A stretch of DNA of 64,000 nt from Erysipelotrichaceae bacterium (GTDB taxonomy: Bacteria > Bacillota_I > Bacilli_A > Erysipelotrichales > Erysipelotrichaceae): positions 9,629 to 73,628 of the forward strand of contig JARKSP010000102.1 in the NCBI GenBank assembly GCA_029974225.1, in the 5' to 3' direction. Position numbers and translations under genes: made by a program. The notes below the pieces were generated by a model. The model was not told where the DNA came from, did not search any database, and saw only the letters and a list, made by a program, of their open reading frames with translations. Of this stretch, positions 46,094 to 55,956 are shown piece by piece. Position 1 is the stretch's first letter; every line of letters begins with the position of its first letter.

Positions 46094-46531
46094 CTACAAC
46101 TCCTCACTATATACAGAAAGCTTAATATCAGTGTGGTTCTGCAGCCGTTTTTTAAACAGATTAATCGGATTCAGCAATTTTCTTTGCCGATGACTGATAG
46201 AAGTAATAACAACGATCTCTCTGGCTTTTAATCTGTCAGCAATTTCCAGAGTGTATTTAACGTTTTCTTTGGTTGTGTTTGATCGCTCTTCCAAAATTAA
46301 TTTTGTTAAGTCAAAATTTCGCTCTTTTAAATACCGATACATTAACGAAGCTTCACTGAAGTTGTTTTTTCCTCTAAACAGGCCTACTCCTCCAGAAAGA
46401 ATTACTTTATCAAAGTCAAATATCCTGTCTGCCTTAATCAGCATTTTAAGTCTTTCGGTACACAATTCAGAAATTGTCCCAGCACTATTGTTTCTGTGTC
46501 CCAATACTATCGCTATTTTCATAACAATCAC
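46094..46531 (-). CDS. DUF218 (YdcF/ElyC/SanA-family) protein
   Basis: 145 aa: KVILSGG...EA..M..YL...T..N......I.. pattern. Confidence 0.6.
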   Translation of the reverse strand: MIVMKIAIVLGHRNNSAGTISELCTERLKMLIKADRIFDFDKVILSGGVGLFRGKNNFSEASLMYRYLKERNFDLTKLILEERSNTTKENVKYTLEIADRLKAREIVVITSISHRQRKLLNPINLFKKRLQNHTDIKLSVYSEEL

Positions 46532-46589
46532 CTTATTTAATATATATTACAGATATAAAAAGCAAATCCTTCTGGGACTTGCCTGATTA

Positions 46590-47570
46590 TTATATTAACA
46601 CTTCCTCTTCCTCATCAGAATGGAATAATTTATAAACATTTGAAATCGGAGTATTAGTCGCAATTGACTCGATACTTTTTGCCAGTAGTAAAGCAATTGA
46701 TAGCACTTTGACATTTGGAACTTTTGCAAGTTCTTCTTCCGATCTTTCAATAGAGTTAGTAATTACAAATTCTTTAACTCCGCTTTCAGCAATTTTCTGC
46801 ATTGCGTTTTTTGAAAAAACTCCATGGGTTGCGGCACAGTAAATATCTAATGCTCCATATTCCTTCAGCAGTTTAATACAGCCTAACAGAGAGCCTCCTG
46901 TATCAACTAAATCATCAATTATGATACAGTCTTTACCTTTAACATCACCAATCAGGCTCATTGCTTCAACTAAATTAGGTTTAACACGACGTTTATCAAT
47001 GATAGCGATTGTACTGTTAGGAATACTGTTAGCTAGATTTCTAGCTCTGATAGCTCCGCCATGGTCAGGAGAAACAACAACAACATCATGCATTTTCTGA
47101 TTTCTGAAATACTGACCAATCATATCGACTGCCGTTAAGTTATCTGAAGGGATTTTAAAATAACCCTGAATCTGCGGAGCATGCAAATCTACCGCTACCA
47201 CTCTGTCAGCTCCTGCCGCCTGAATTAAATCAGCAACGAGTCTGGCAGTAATCGGCTGTCTGGCTCTGGCTTTTCTATCCTGTCTGGCATAACCATAATA
47301 AGGAATTACGCAAGTGACTTCTCTACAGCTTGCTCTTCTGCAGGCATCTAAACAGATCAGCACTTCCATTAATGTGTCATTTACCGGATCACATGTTGAT
47401 TGAATAATAAATACGTGCTTTCCTCTAACCGACTGTTGAGGCTCTACAAGTATCTCGCCATCCGCAAAGCGAGTTACAGCTATTTCTCCCTTTTCAACAC
47501 CTAGAAAACCAGCTATCTCTTTTGCCAGTTCTTTTGATGATGAAAGGGAAAAAATTACAATGTTATCCAT
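46590..47570 (-). CDS. prs: ribose-phosphate pyrophosphokinase
   Basis: YYGYARQDRK, DLHA.QIQGYF, and the PRPP loop IIIDDLVDTGGS. Confidence 0.95.
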   Translation of the reverse strand: MDNIVIFSLSSSKELAKEIAGFLGVEKGEIAVTRFADGEILVEPQQSVRGKHVFIIQSTCDPVNDTLMEVLICLDACRRASCREVTCVIPYYGYARQDRKARARQPITARLVADLIQAAGADRVVAVDLHAPQIQGYFKIPSDNLTAVDMIGQYFRNQKMHDVVVVSPDHGGAIRARNLANSIPNSTIAIIDKRRVKPNLVEAMSLIGDVKGKDCIIIDDLVDTGGSLLGCIKLLKEYGALDIYCAATHGVFSKNAMQKIAESGVKEFVITNSIERSEEELAKVPNVKVLSIALLLAKSIESIATNTPISNVYKLFHSDEEEEVLI

Positions 47571-47584
47571 AAGTCCTCACCCCT

Positions 47585-48940
47585 CTACTTGTTCAAATAC
47601 TTAAAACCATATCCCGGTTTAATCTCTTGTCTTACTCTGGCAATTGCTAAATCGCCTTCTTTGACATCAGCAGTTATGGTTGAACCAGCTGCCAAAACAG
47701 TATAATCTCCAATATTTACCGGTGCAATAAGGTTTACGTTGCTGCCAATAAACACATGGTCACCTATTTCAGTATGGTATTTATATTTACCATCATAATT
47801 GACCGTAACAACACCGCATCCGAAGTTGCAGTACTCTCCAACCGTCGTATCGCCTAAATACGTTAAATGAGCACATTTACTATCGTGACCAAATATAACA
47901 TTTTTCATTTCCACAAAGTTACCAATATTACATTTATCAGCAATCACACAACCGTTTCTCAAATGACTGTTTGGCCCTATTGTTACCTTGCTGCCAACCT
48001 TTGAATCGGTAATTCTGCTGCTTTTTACTGTGTTTCCCTGACCTAAAACAACATTTTCCAAATATGTACCTTCCGTCAGAATATTGTCCTCGCCGAGTAT
48101 CGATTTTCCTTCAATACGAACAGTGGGATAAATTATCGTATCTGCACCAATTATCGCATCGGTAGAAATATATGTTCTTTCCGGGTCAATAATGTTGACT
48201 CCTCTGCTCATCCAGTAAGAGTTTACTTTTCTCTGCAGCCATTTGGTTGCACTGGCTAACTCGCTCATCGAGTTTATGCCCTGAAGCTCTTCACTATCCT
48301 CGATAATCAGCGGCATAACCTTGTGACCATGTTTTCTGAAAATCTGAACCAAATCAGTTATATAATACTCTTTCTGGCTGTTATTATTATCAACTTCTGG
48401 CAGGTATTTCCACAATAATTCATTATCGACACAGTAGATGCCAGCATTTATTTCTCTAATTTCAACTTCTTTATCATTGCAGTCTTTTCTCTCAACAATT
48501 TTTAGCAGTTGATTGCCTTCTCTGATTATTCGACCATAGCTTTTAGGATCTTCCAGCACTGTCGTCAAAAGAACCAGAGGGTTTTCTTTCGTTGTTTTAT
48601 CTAAAAGCAGTCGGTAGGTTTCTTCAGTAATAAGCGGACAGTCACCATTAATTATCAGGGTTTTTCCTGTTTCGTTTTTCAGATGCTGGGCCTGCATGAC
48701 CGCATGTGCGGTTCCAAGCTGGGGATCCTGAACAGCATATTGCACTTTATCCTGCAGATATTCCATAATCGATTCTCGACCATGTCCTACCACAAAAACC
48801 TTATTATTTACACCGACTTTTTCTAAAGTATCATAAATATGCTCTACCATCGGCTTGCCTAATATTTTATGCATTGTCTTTGTTTTTTTCGAATTCATAC
48901 GTGTGCCTTTTCCGGCTGCCATAACAATTGCTGAAACCAT
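47585..48940 (-). CDS. glmU: bifunctional UDP-N-acetylglucosamine pyrophosphorylase / glucosamine-1-phosphate N-acetyltransferase
   Basis: N-terminal MAAGKGTRM nucleotidyltransferase motif and a C-terminal left-handed beta-helix with hexapeptide repeats. Conserved glmU-prs order. Confidence 0.95.
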   Translation of the reverse strand: MVSAIVMAAGKGTRMNSKKTKTMHKILGKPMVEHIYDTLEKVGVNNKVFVVGHGRESIMEYLQDKVQYAVQDPQLGTAHAVMQAQHLKNETGKTLIINGDCPLITEETYRLLLDKTTKENPLVLLTTVLEDPKSYGRIIREGNQLLKIVERKDCNDKEVEIREINAGIYCVDNELLWKYLPEVDNNNSQKEYYITDLVQIFRKHGHKVMPLIIEDSEELQGINSMSELASATKWLQRKVNSYWMSRGVNIIDPERTYISTDAIIGADTIIYPTVRIEGKSILGEDNILTEGTYLENVVLGQGNTVKSSRITDSKVGSKVTIGPNSHLRNGCVIADKCNIGNFVEMKNVIFGHDSKCAHLTYLGDTTVGEYCNFGCGVVTVNYDGKYKYHTEIGDHVFIGSNVNLIAPVNIGDYTVLAAGSTITADVKEGDLAIARVRQEIKPGYGFKYLNK

Positions 48941-48998
48941 AAAAAATCTCCTGTAAAAATTCCTACACGATTATTGTAACACTCTAACACCTTTTTTT

Positions 48999-49832
48999 CT
49001 ACCGAATTATGATAGAAGTTTTATAAACAAATGGATATTTTCCCTCCATATATTTTTGTAAGCCTTTACACTCTTGGCCTTTCTTCAGCAAAACAAAAAC
49101 TGTCGTGCCACTGCCGGTCATAAGTGCATCTTCAAAGCCCAGTTTCCGGCATTCTTCAATAATCTGAAGCACTTCAGGAACCAGTCTTTCAGCTGAATAT
49201 AATAATGAATTACCCAAAACATCCTTTAATGGCTCTCCATTAACCAAAGCCTGTTTTACCTTATCGATATCGGGATGTGGACATTTAGATAAATCCAGCA
49301 TTTGAAAAGCTGTCCTGGTGTCTATTCCCTGTTCCGGTTTTATCAGCAGCACATCATAATCAACCTTCAGTTCAAAAGGTTCAATAATATCGCCGATTCC
49401 TCTTACCCTGGCAATCTTCTGATAGATGCAAAACGGAATATCCGCACCTATTTTTTTACCAATACAGCTTAACTGTTTTTTGGAAAGTTTCAAGTCCAGT
49501 AATTTATTAACAATTCTTAAAGCAGCAGCTCCATCGGTGCTGCCTCCAGCCAGTCCTGCTTCCTGAGGAATATTTTTAGTAACTTTGATTGAGAACTGCT
49601 CTTTAAAGCCACATTCTTTTCTCAACAGTTCAATGCAGCGGTAAATGATATTGCTTTCATCGTATGGCAAATCATCATTGCAGCAATAACTTCCTTCTTG
49701 AGCAATCTCAATATCAATAACATCATATAAATCAATCGGCACCATTATCATATCCATGTTATGATAGCCGTCTTCTCTTTTGCTGATTACATCGATGCTA
49801 ATGTTTATCTTTCCATACGCTTTTTCAATCAT
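48999..49832 (-). CDS. ispE: 4-(cytidine 5'-diphospho)-2-C-methyl-D-erythritol kinase
   Basis: GHMP kinase motifs: KAYGKIN, KNIP.EAGLAGGSTDGAA, MTGSGTTVF. Confidence 0.9.
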   Translation of the reverse strand: MIEKAYGKINISIDVISKREDGYHNMDMIMVPIDLYDVIDIEIAQEGSYCCNDDLPYDESNIIYRCIELLRKECGFKEQFSIKVTKNIPQEAGLAGGSTDGAAALRIVNKLLDLKLSKKQLSCIGKKIGADIPFCIYQKIARVRGIGDIIEPFELKVDYDVLLIKPEQGIDTRTAFQMLDLSKCPHPDIDKVKQALVNGEPLKDVLGNSLLYSAERLVPEVLQIIEECRKLGFEDALMTGSGTTVFVLLKKGQECKGLQKYMEGKYPFVYKTSIIIR

Positions 49833-50037
49833 AAATCTATCTTTACATCAAATTATCTGCTATCTTGACGATTTCCTTTCCATCTGACAACTAATATTAA
49901 ACATTTTTTTGCATTTTTTCAATCTCTGTTTTGCGCTTTACCATTTTTAATAAACTTCTAAATATAAAACATATAAATAAAGGAGTATTGAACCAGAAAA
50001 TCCGGTTAACAATACTCCCTGTTCTCATTGCCTTTAA

Positions 50038-50928
50038 TTATCCAATAAGCCTTTTTTTAGAAGGAACCTTTGGTGTTCCTACACGGATATTGTACCCCCA
50101 GCTTGACATAAGCACTGTCTGGTTGGCGCACAAATCACCCTGAAGACTCATATAGATTGCCGTATCGGTAAAATCCCAGCCATAAGCCTTCATCAGAAGT
50201 CGATGAATTTCTCGATAACCCAGCTCGATAGCTTCATCACAGCTTGGTGCAGTGGTATTTACATAGAAGGAATCAGTTGTTTCAGTCACCGGCCAATTAA
50301 GTTTAAAGTCTTTTATCAGACTTACTGTAACTACAACTTCTCCCGCTATCTCAACTCCAGCTCCAATCATTTCTCCATCAGCCATACTGGCATGAAGATC
50401 ACCTAAAGCTAGCAGCCCGCCTTTTACTCTTACAGGAAGATAGACTTTTGCCCCTCTGGTTATTACCTTGCTGTCCATATTTCCGCCATGGTTACCTGCC
50501 ATGCCTGAAACTACATCATCACCAGCAGGTGCACATCCTATTACTCCTATCATTGGTTTAGCAGGCCATTTAATATCGTTGAAATGAACATAGCCATCTT
50601 TTACCTCCAGTACCTTGGTTCTGATTTCTGTTTCTCCATCAAAAATGCTGGCTCCCGGTATAGTACAGCCAATCCCCTGAGGCTTAACATCAATAGAAAG
50701 TATATCTACTACAATTACATCGCCGGGTTCTGCATCTTCAATATAAACCGGACCGGTTGCTGGATTGACATTGCTCCAATCAATTGCTCCGACAAGTTTA
50801 TCTGCGCTTTTAATCTGTCCGCCAAAACAGTCTTCAGTAATAAACTTAATGGTTTCGCCACTTTTTATACGAGCAACAGGCTTTGCGTTCTTACTAAAAG
50901 AATAAATGGTATCTTTAATCTCTAACAT
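50038..50928 (-). CDS. acetamidase/formamidase-family amidohydrolase
   Basis: 296 aa with FmdA_AmdA-like segments: NPATGPVYIEDAEPGD, GNHGGNMD, LALGDLHASMADGE. Confidence 0.75.
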   Translation of the reverse strand: MLEIKDTIYSFSKNAKPVARIKSGETIKFITEDCFGGQIKSADKLVGAIDWSNVNPATGPVYIEDAEPGDVIVVDILSIDVKPQGIGCTIPGASIFDGETEIRTKVLEVKDGYVHFNDIKWPAKPMIGVIGCAPAGDDVVSGMAGNHGGNMDSKVITRGAKVYLPVRVKGGLLALGDLHASMADGEMIGAGVEIAGEVVVTVSLIKDFKLNWPVTETTDSFYVNTTAPSCDEAIELGYREIHRLLMKAYGWDFTDTAIYMSLQGDLCANQTVLMSSWGYNIRVGTPKVPSKKRLIG

Positions 50929-51098
50929 TTTTCCCTCCTTAAATTATAAATCTTATCTTACTATAACAGTCTGTGACAGTACTGTTACAATGATATTAAT
51001 TCCAATTTTAACATAGTAAAAGAAAGGGAGCAAACCTATAATTATATTCACATTATCAAAAAAACATTTTTATAGATAAGTTTTCAGATTCTTTTTAT

Positions 51099-51593
51099 TC
51101 AATCTATATCAACATTTGAATTCTTTCTAAACAACTTGAGAATGGATAAGCCATCGCTTTCAAGATTCCCGTAATCTCCCCAAAAATCAGGATAGCGTAT
51201 CGGTAAAGCAGTAATAAAAAATTGTATCAGAGCATATACAGAAGCGAATCGGATGATTTTATGAACTTCTGAATTAATAAGCTGCTGATTAACAACAAAT
51301 AAAATAAACGTTAGTGACAATGACATTAAAGGACCTCCAAAATAAAAAGCCATTAGCTGTGCCCTGCTCAAGTTGCTCATTTCAATATGAGTAAACCCAG
51401 TCACAGGTGAAAAAAGTCCTAATTTAATTTTAAGTCGACCAATAGAAAACACTTCTTTCATAGAGTCTTTTCTGGTTCGTCCCAAAACAACAAGGACTTC
51501 CTTTTCACTGGTAACCAAAGCTCCTATTGCATGTCCTAATTCATGTAAAAGCGTCAGTACTTGTGCCACAATAATAAAAAGTACGAATTCCAT
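51099..51593 (-). CDS. membrane metalloprotease-like protein (M50B-like, HExxH in TM1)
   Basis: I prefer the ATG at 51593 (AGGAG upstream): MEFVLFIIVAQVLTLLHELGHAIGA... The protein is polytopic. Confidence 0.5.
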   Translation of the reverse strand: MEFVLFIIVAQVLTLLHELGHAIGALVTSEKEVLVVLGRTRKDSMKEVFSIGRLKIKLGLFSPVTGFTHIEMSNLSRAQLMAFYFGGPLMSLSLTFILFVVNQQLINSEVHKIIRFASVYALIQFFITALPIRYPDFWGDYGNLESDGLSILKLFRKNSNVDID

Positions 51594-51812
51594 AATGATA
51601 CCACTCCTAATTTGTACTTCAGGTTTTATTCTAATACAGACAGTCCATATACAATATCGCCTGTTCTTGCACAACCTAACTATCCTCTGAAACAGTAAAC
51701 TTATAATTACTTTATTATTTGCCTTTTAAGTCATTTCAGATTATTGATAATCTAATATATAAATATAGCTGAGATTTAAACAAATATCTCAGCTATATAT
51801 TTTAAAATTTTA

Positions 51813-53216
51813 TCAGTTTTCCTTTGGAGGCAGCACCCATGAAGTGCCATAGCTGACATTTCCCCATAAAATACCAGATTCAGTTGAAAAACTAATATTC
51901 ATACCTGTTTGATACTCATCGATAACATTAAACTCATTATCTAAAATAACGGTAGTGTATTCGGCTGCTGTATCACCCATCTTTTGTGCAATTATTACTG
52001 AGCCATCTCTATTACAGCCTTGAATTTCTGAATAAGTGTATTTATCAATACTTGCTCCGGTTATCGGGAATGTAATATCATTTACAAATACTGAATATGC
52101 CACAACCTTGCCGTCAGCATTGATTAAGTAGACAATTCCAGAAGCTTTTTTAACATCTTCATTCAATACATTGGCGGTAGTAATGTATGCACCTAAATTC
52201 TGTTTAGGATACCATGGTATATGTGGGTAGCCAATAATCTCACCCAGCAGATTGCCCTTTACATCATAAACTTCATTTACTTTTTTATCAATTTTCTCTA
52301 AATCTTGAAAACTAATTCCACCACTATAATCTACAGGTGCAGCTGTGATAAATCCATCTTGCAGAATAGTTAAATCTTTATCTATCTCTTTATTAACCAA
52401 TACCGTTTCACCTGTTTTTCTATCAATAATAGTAAGGATTTTTTTATCGCTATTTTCGGTACTGCTGTTACTTGAAAGGAAAAGATAATCGCTGTTAGCC
52501 TGACTGTCATAATATGCAGAAGTGAAGTTTTTAGACCAGGCAAGTTTAAAATCAATATATGCCAGATATGAATAATAGCTCTTGCCATCTTCTCCAACAA
52601 AAGACATTCCTATAATAAAATCATATATACTATCAAAAGCTATAACCTCAAAACTAGTTCCGAGTTTAAATTTAATAAGCGTATATATCTCTAAAGTTTC
52701 TAAATCAAGATATCTTAATTCAGCATTAGTTTTAGTATAAGTAATTAATGGAATATGAGTTGTAACATAGGCAAATCTCTTATATGAAAATGGATCAGAA
52801 TAACTACTTTCAAATTCCTTAATAAAATTTCCTGTATATAAATCGTATAAGCGTATTTTTTCTCCATCGGAATAATTGGTAAGTGTAACTATTGTATTCC
52901 CGTCTGTAGAAACACCTATCACTTCACCTTTGACTTCATATTTATTTCCAAAACCATTAGCATATCTATCATCAATCCAAGAATTGTCAGGAACAGTTAA
53001 ATCATATTGAATTGTTTCATTAAGCACACCATTTCGTTTTGTCTCTAAATAACTAGATATTCTTTTCCAGCTGATAGCGAGTACCGCCATTGCCAGCACA
53101 AGGATAACGCCAAGAATAACGAAAATAATCTTAATACCTGTTTTCTTTTTAGGTTGTTCGTTATTTCCCTGCTGATTTAGGCTTTGATAATTGTTGTCAT
53201 TTTCTTTCTGACTCAT
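51813..53216 (-). CDS. hypothetical membrane-anchored extracytoplasmic protein
   Basis: I prefer the ATG at 53216 (AGGGAGG upstream). Polar Q/N-rich N-terminus, one TM helix (IIFVILGVILVLAMAVLAI) and a ~400-aa beta-rich ectodomain. No family recognised. Confidence 0.45.
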   Translation of the reverse strand: MSQKENDNNYQSLNQQGNNEQPKKKTGIKIIFVILGVILVLAMAVLAISWKRISSYLETKRNGVLNETIQYDLTVPDNSWIDDRYANGFGNKYEVKGEVIGVSTDGNTIVTLTNYSDGEKIRLYDLYTGNFIKEFESSYSDPFSYKRFAYVTTHIPLITYTKTNAELRYLDLETLEIYTLIKFKLGTSFEVIAFDSIYDFIIGMSFVGEDGKSYYSYLAYIDFKLAWSKNFTSAYYDSQANSDYLFLSSNSSTENSDKKILTIIDRKTGETVLVNKEIDKDLTILQDGFITAAPVDYSGGISFQDLEKIDKKVNEVYDVKGNLLGEIIGYPHIPWYPKQNLGAYITTANVLNEDVKKASGIVYLINADGKVVAYSVFVNDITFPITGASIDKYTYSEIQGCNRDGSVIIAQKMGDTAAEYTTVILDNEFNVIDEYQTGMNISFSTESGILWGNVSYGTSWVLPPKEN

Positions 53217-53318
53217 TTCGTTTCCTCCCTTACAAATAACAATATGTTTTGTCGCCATTTTATTATAACCATTTTACATGAAAAGTAAAATAAATATCGA
53301 CATTTATAAGAAATATTT

Positions 53319-53795
53319 TTAAACCCCGCCTAACAATAACATAACCGCTACTGCTGTTCCCCAGGGGATTAAATGCAAAATAGAATTATACAAGAAAATC
53401 TTTATAAGATTAGGTTTTTCTCTAAAAGCCTTAGCGGGATTATCAACATAATAAAGTGGTAGTAAATCTGGTGGAAGAGCACGATCCATGTACCTGTATA
53501 TATAGGATTTCCCATCCACTTCATATGAATATTTGGCATGTACCCAGGACATTGGATCTGTACTGGTGCCATCATCAGTATCTTCCCACATAGAGATCAT
53601 TTTTCCTTCAGCCACATGACCCCTATTAATCGCTTTTTCAATATCCTTATACCTTCTGGGTTTGAATTTTAGTTTGTTTTTGGCATGCCAGACCATTACT
53701 ATAATATATAGAACAATTAAAGTTATAACCCCCATAGTAACATTGAAACTAAACAATTCCTTTGATTCTTTTATTAATTCCCTAAAATTTTCCAT
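53319..53795 (-). CDS. DUF3592-like membrane protein (TM, beta domain, TM)
   Basis: 158 aa. The topology and the central segment HAKYSYEVDGKSYIYRY resemble DUF3592. Confidence 0.4.
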   Translation of the reverse strand: MENFRELIKESKELFSFNVTMGVITLIVLYIIVMVWHAKNKLKFKPRRYKDIEKAINRGHVAEGKMISMWEDTDDGTSTDPMSWVHAKYSYEVDGKSYIYRYMDRALPPDLLPLYYVDNPAKAFREKPNLIKIFLYNSILHLIPWGTAVAVMLLLGGV

Positions 53796-54311
53796 CTCTT
53801 TTCACCCCTGATACTAAATTCTTACTAACCGTTAAAAGAAGCATTAGCACAATGGTCACCAAGTGCATCCATCTGTTTTAGAAAAATATCATTTTCTGGC
53901 TGGTTTACCGTGCTTATGAATATCTTTTCCTTATCTCTTCTTTCCCAAGAGTTCCTGACTTACACATATAATAATAAACTCCATTTGTAAAATGAATATT
54001 CTCTATTTGTAAAAACCTGGTAATATATTTTTCTTTCTCTAGCAAAAATGTCTAAAACAACGATTGCTGTGCAGAATAAACATTTAATCATCTGTAAGCA
54101 AGACATTAAATGATTTTTCAATCATAAGATTCTCAAATAATTAAATATTCCGAAAATAAGAAGAGATTCTACCACAAAATTTCAAAAAGAGCTTTAAATT
54201 ATATTTTTATTTAATATCATTTCCATTTATTTCTGATATAATTAAGTTCAATTATTAATTGAGAAACAATTAACAATTAGGTTCAGGATATAAAATTAAG
54301 AAGGTTTTACT

Positions 54312-55877
54312 ATGAAGGGATTTTTAAATGCATGTGGGAAGAAGCTATCAATTGACCTTTTGGATAAGTATAATGATTTAATCAGTGGCGAAAAAGGAAA
54401 AGAAGAATTATATAATAAACTATCCGAAAACTTTAATCATTATCTTAAAAAAAGATATGAAAATCCAGCATCTTCTAAAGAGCTTGATCTATATGCTATA
54501 AATGAATATCTTATAAAAAACATAGATGATCTGATTAAACCCTATTATATCGCCGACGGGATTAAGGAAAAGACCATACTCAGGAATGTTTTATTAAAAA
54601 GCTCATATAATGCCGTTAAAGCGGATATGCCAGCAAAAAAAGAAGGTGTCTACGCTTATCTCAAGTCCTTTCTGGAAGTATATGAGAGTTTTTTAATATC
54701 AAAAATAAAAGAACTGACAGAACAATACCCTGATATGGAGAGGATTGCTTTTGTATATGCCCTAGAGCTGTTCTTTCTTTCAGTTGACCAGGAAGTAAAT
54801 GAGGCAGTTGAAACTATTGATATACTAAAAGAGCTGGCAGGATTATATCCTGAAAACGAAAGGATTGCCTTAGAATATGCAAGTGGACTAGCCTGTCTTT
54901 CTGCCAGGCAAGAATTAAATGGCGCAACAATAACTGTCGACAAAATAAAAGGGCTGACCGAAAAGTACCCTGAAAACAAGAAAATTGCTTTAGAATATGC
55001 AAGCGGGCTATTCAACCTTTCTACCAAGCAACAACTATATGAAGTAAGCGACTCGGTTGACAAACTGAGAAAGCTGACAGAACAATATCCTGAAAACGCT
55101 GATTTTGCCTTAGAATATGCCAAAGGACTAGTCATTCTTATTAACCATCAAGAAGAAAATGAAACAGCTGAAACTGTTGATATCCTGAAAGAACTGACAA
55201 GGAGGTATCCAGAAAGTGGAACGATTGCCATAGAATATGCAATAGCGCTAGTCAATTATTCTGCCAATCAGGAGACAAATGAAATAGCTGAAGCTGTTGA
55301 TAAGCTGAAAAAGCTGACCGAAAAATATCCTGAAACTGAGAGAATATTTTTAAGCTATGCCATAGGTCTGGGAAATCTTTCTATTCACCAGGAAGTAAAT
55401 GAGGCAGCTGAAACTGTTGATAAGCTGAAAGAGCTGACCGAAAGATACCCCGAAAATGCTAAGTTTGCTGCAGAATATGCAAGAGGGTTAGCTATTCTTT
55501 CTGATGGTCAGGAATTAATTGAAGCAGCTGAAACTGTTGATAAGATTAAAAAACTGACAGGACAATATAGTAAAAATGTGAAAATTGCTTCAAAGTATGC
55601 CCGAGGACTGGCAAACCTTTCCTACAAGCAGGCCTTAAATGGATTGCTTAAAACTGTGGATAAACTAAAAAAACTGACAGAAAAATACCCTGGTAACTAT
55701 GAGATTGATTCAGGATATGCAAACGGGTTAGTCAATCTTTCAGAAAAACAAAAATTAAGTGATGCAGTTAAAACTGTTGAAAAGATAAAAAAACTGGTAG
55801 AACAATACCCTAAAAGCGATAAGATATATTTTTCATATCTGGTAGGATTAGATATACTTTCCAGCAAGAAAAAATAA
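54312..55877 (+). CDS. cytoplasmic alpha-solenoid protein: ~125-aa unique N-terminal domain plus 10 tandem 40-aa TPR-like repeats
   Basis: Repeat consensus: ..(A)ETVDKLKKLTEKYPEN.KIALEYA.GL.NLS..QE.NEA. No signal peptide. Confidence 0.6.
   Translation: MKGFLNACGKKLSIDLLDKYNDLISGEKGKEELYNKLSENFNHYLKKRYENPASSKELDLYAINEYLIKNIDDLIKPYYIADGIKEKTILRNVLLKSSYNAVKADMPAKKEGVYAYLKSFLEVYESFLISKIKELTEQYPDMERIAFVYALELFFLSVDQEVNEAVETIDILKELAGLYPENERIALEYASGLACLSARQELNGATITVDKIKGLTEKYPENKKIALEYASGLFNLSTKQQLYEVSDSVDKLRKLTEQYPENADFALEYAKGLVILINHQEENETAETVDILKELTRRYPESGTIAIEYAIALVNYSANQETNEIAEAVDKLKKLTEKYPETERIFLSYAIGLGNLSIHQEVNEAAETVDKLKELTERYPENAKFAAEYARGLAILSDGQELIEAAETVDKIKKLTGQYSKNVKIASKYARGLANLSYKQALNGLLKTVDKLKKLTEKYPGNYEIDSGYANGLVNLSEKQKLSDAVKTVEKIKKLVEQYPKSDKIYFSYLVGLDILSSKKK
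54697..55874 (+). repeat. 10 tandem coding repeats with an exact 120-nt period
   Basis: The block GA(A/G)CTGAC(A/C)G..(A/C)A.TA(T/C)CC recurs at 54711, 54831, 54951, 55071, 55191, 55311, 55431, 55551, 55671 and 55791, with no phase slip. Confidence 0.85.
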
Positions 55878-55902
55878 ACTGTCCTAATCAGACAGTTTTC
55901 AT
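55878..55902 (+). terminator. probable intrinsic terminator
   Basis: AACTGTC-CTAATCA-GACAGTT followed by TTC. Confidence 0.5.
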
Positions 55903-55956
55903 TTACAACAGTAACATAATATCTTAAAAAAGCATGCTGATAAATTTAAGCACAAA

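Noticed and set aside
54656-55135. 159-aa antisense ORF inside the repeat-protein gene, plus the nested 54814-55002 ORF.
   Set aside because: The periodic 120-nt repeat keeps the antisense frame open by chance. The sense frame has the SD, the coherent helical repeat consensus and a terminator.
54697-55874. Regularly spaced 120-nt repeats, considered as a possible CRISPR-like or satellite array.
   Set aside because: The repeats are contiguous with no unique spacers. They lie entirely within one long ORF and encode a consistent 40-aa helical unit.
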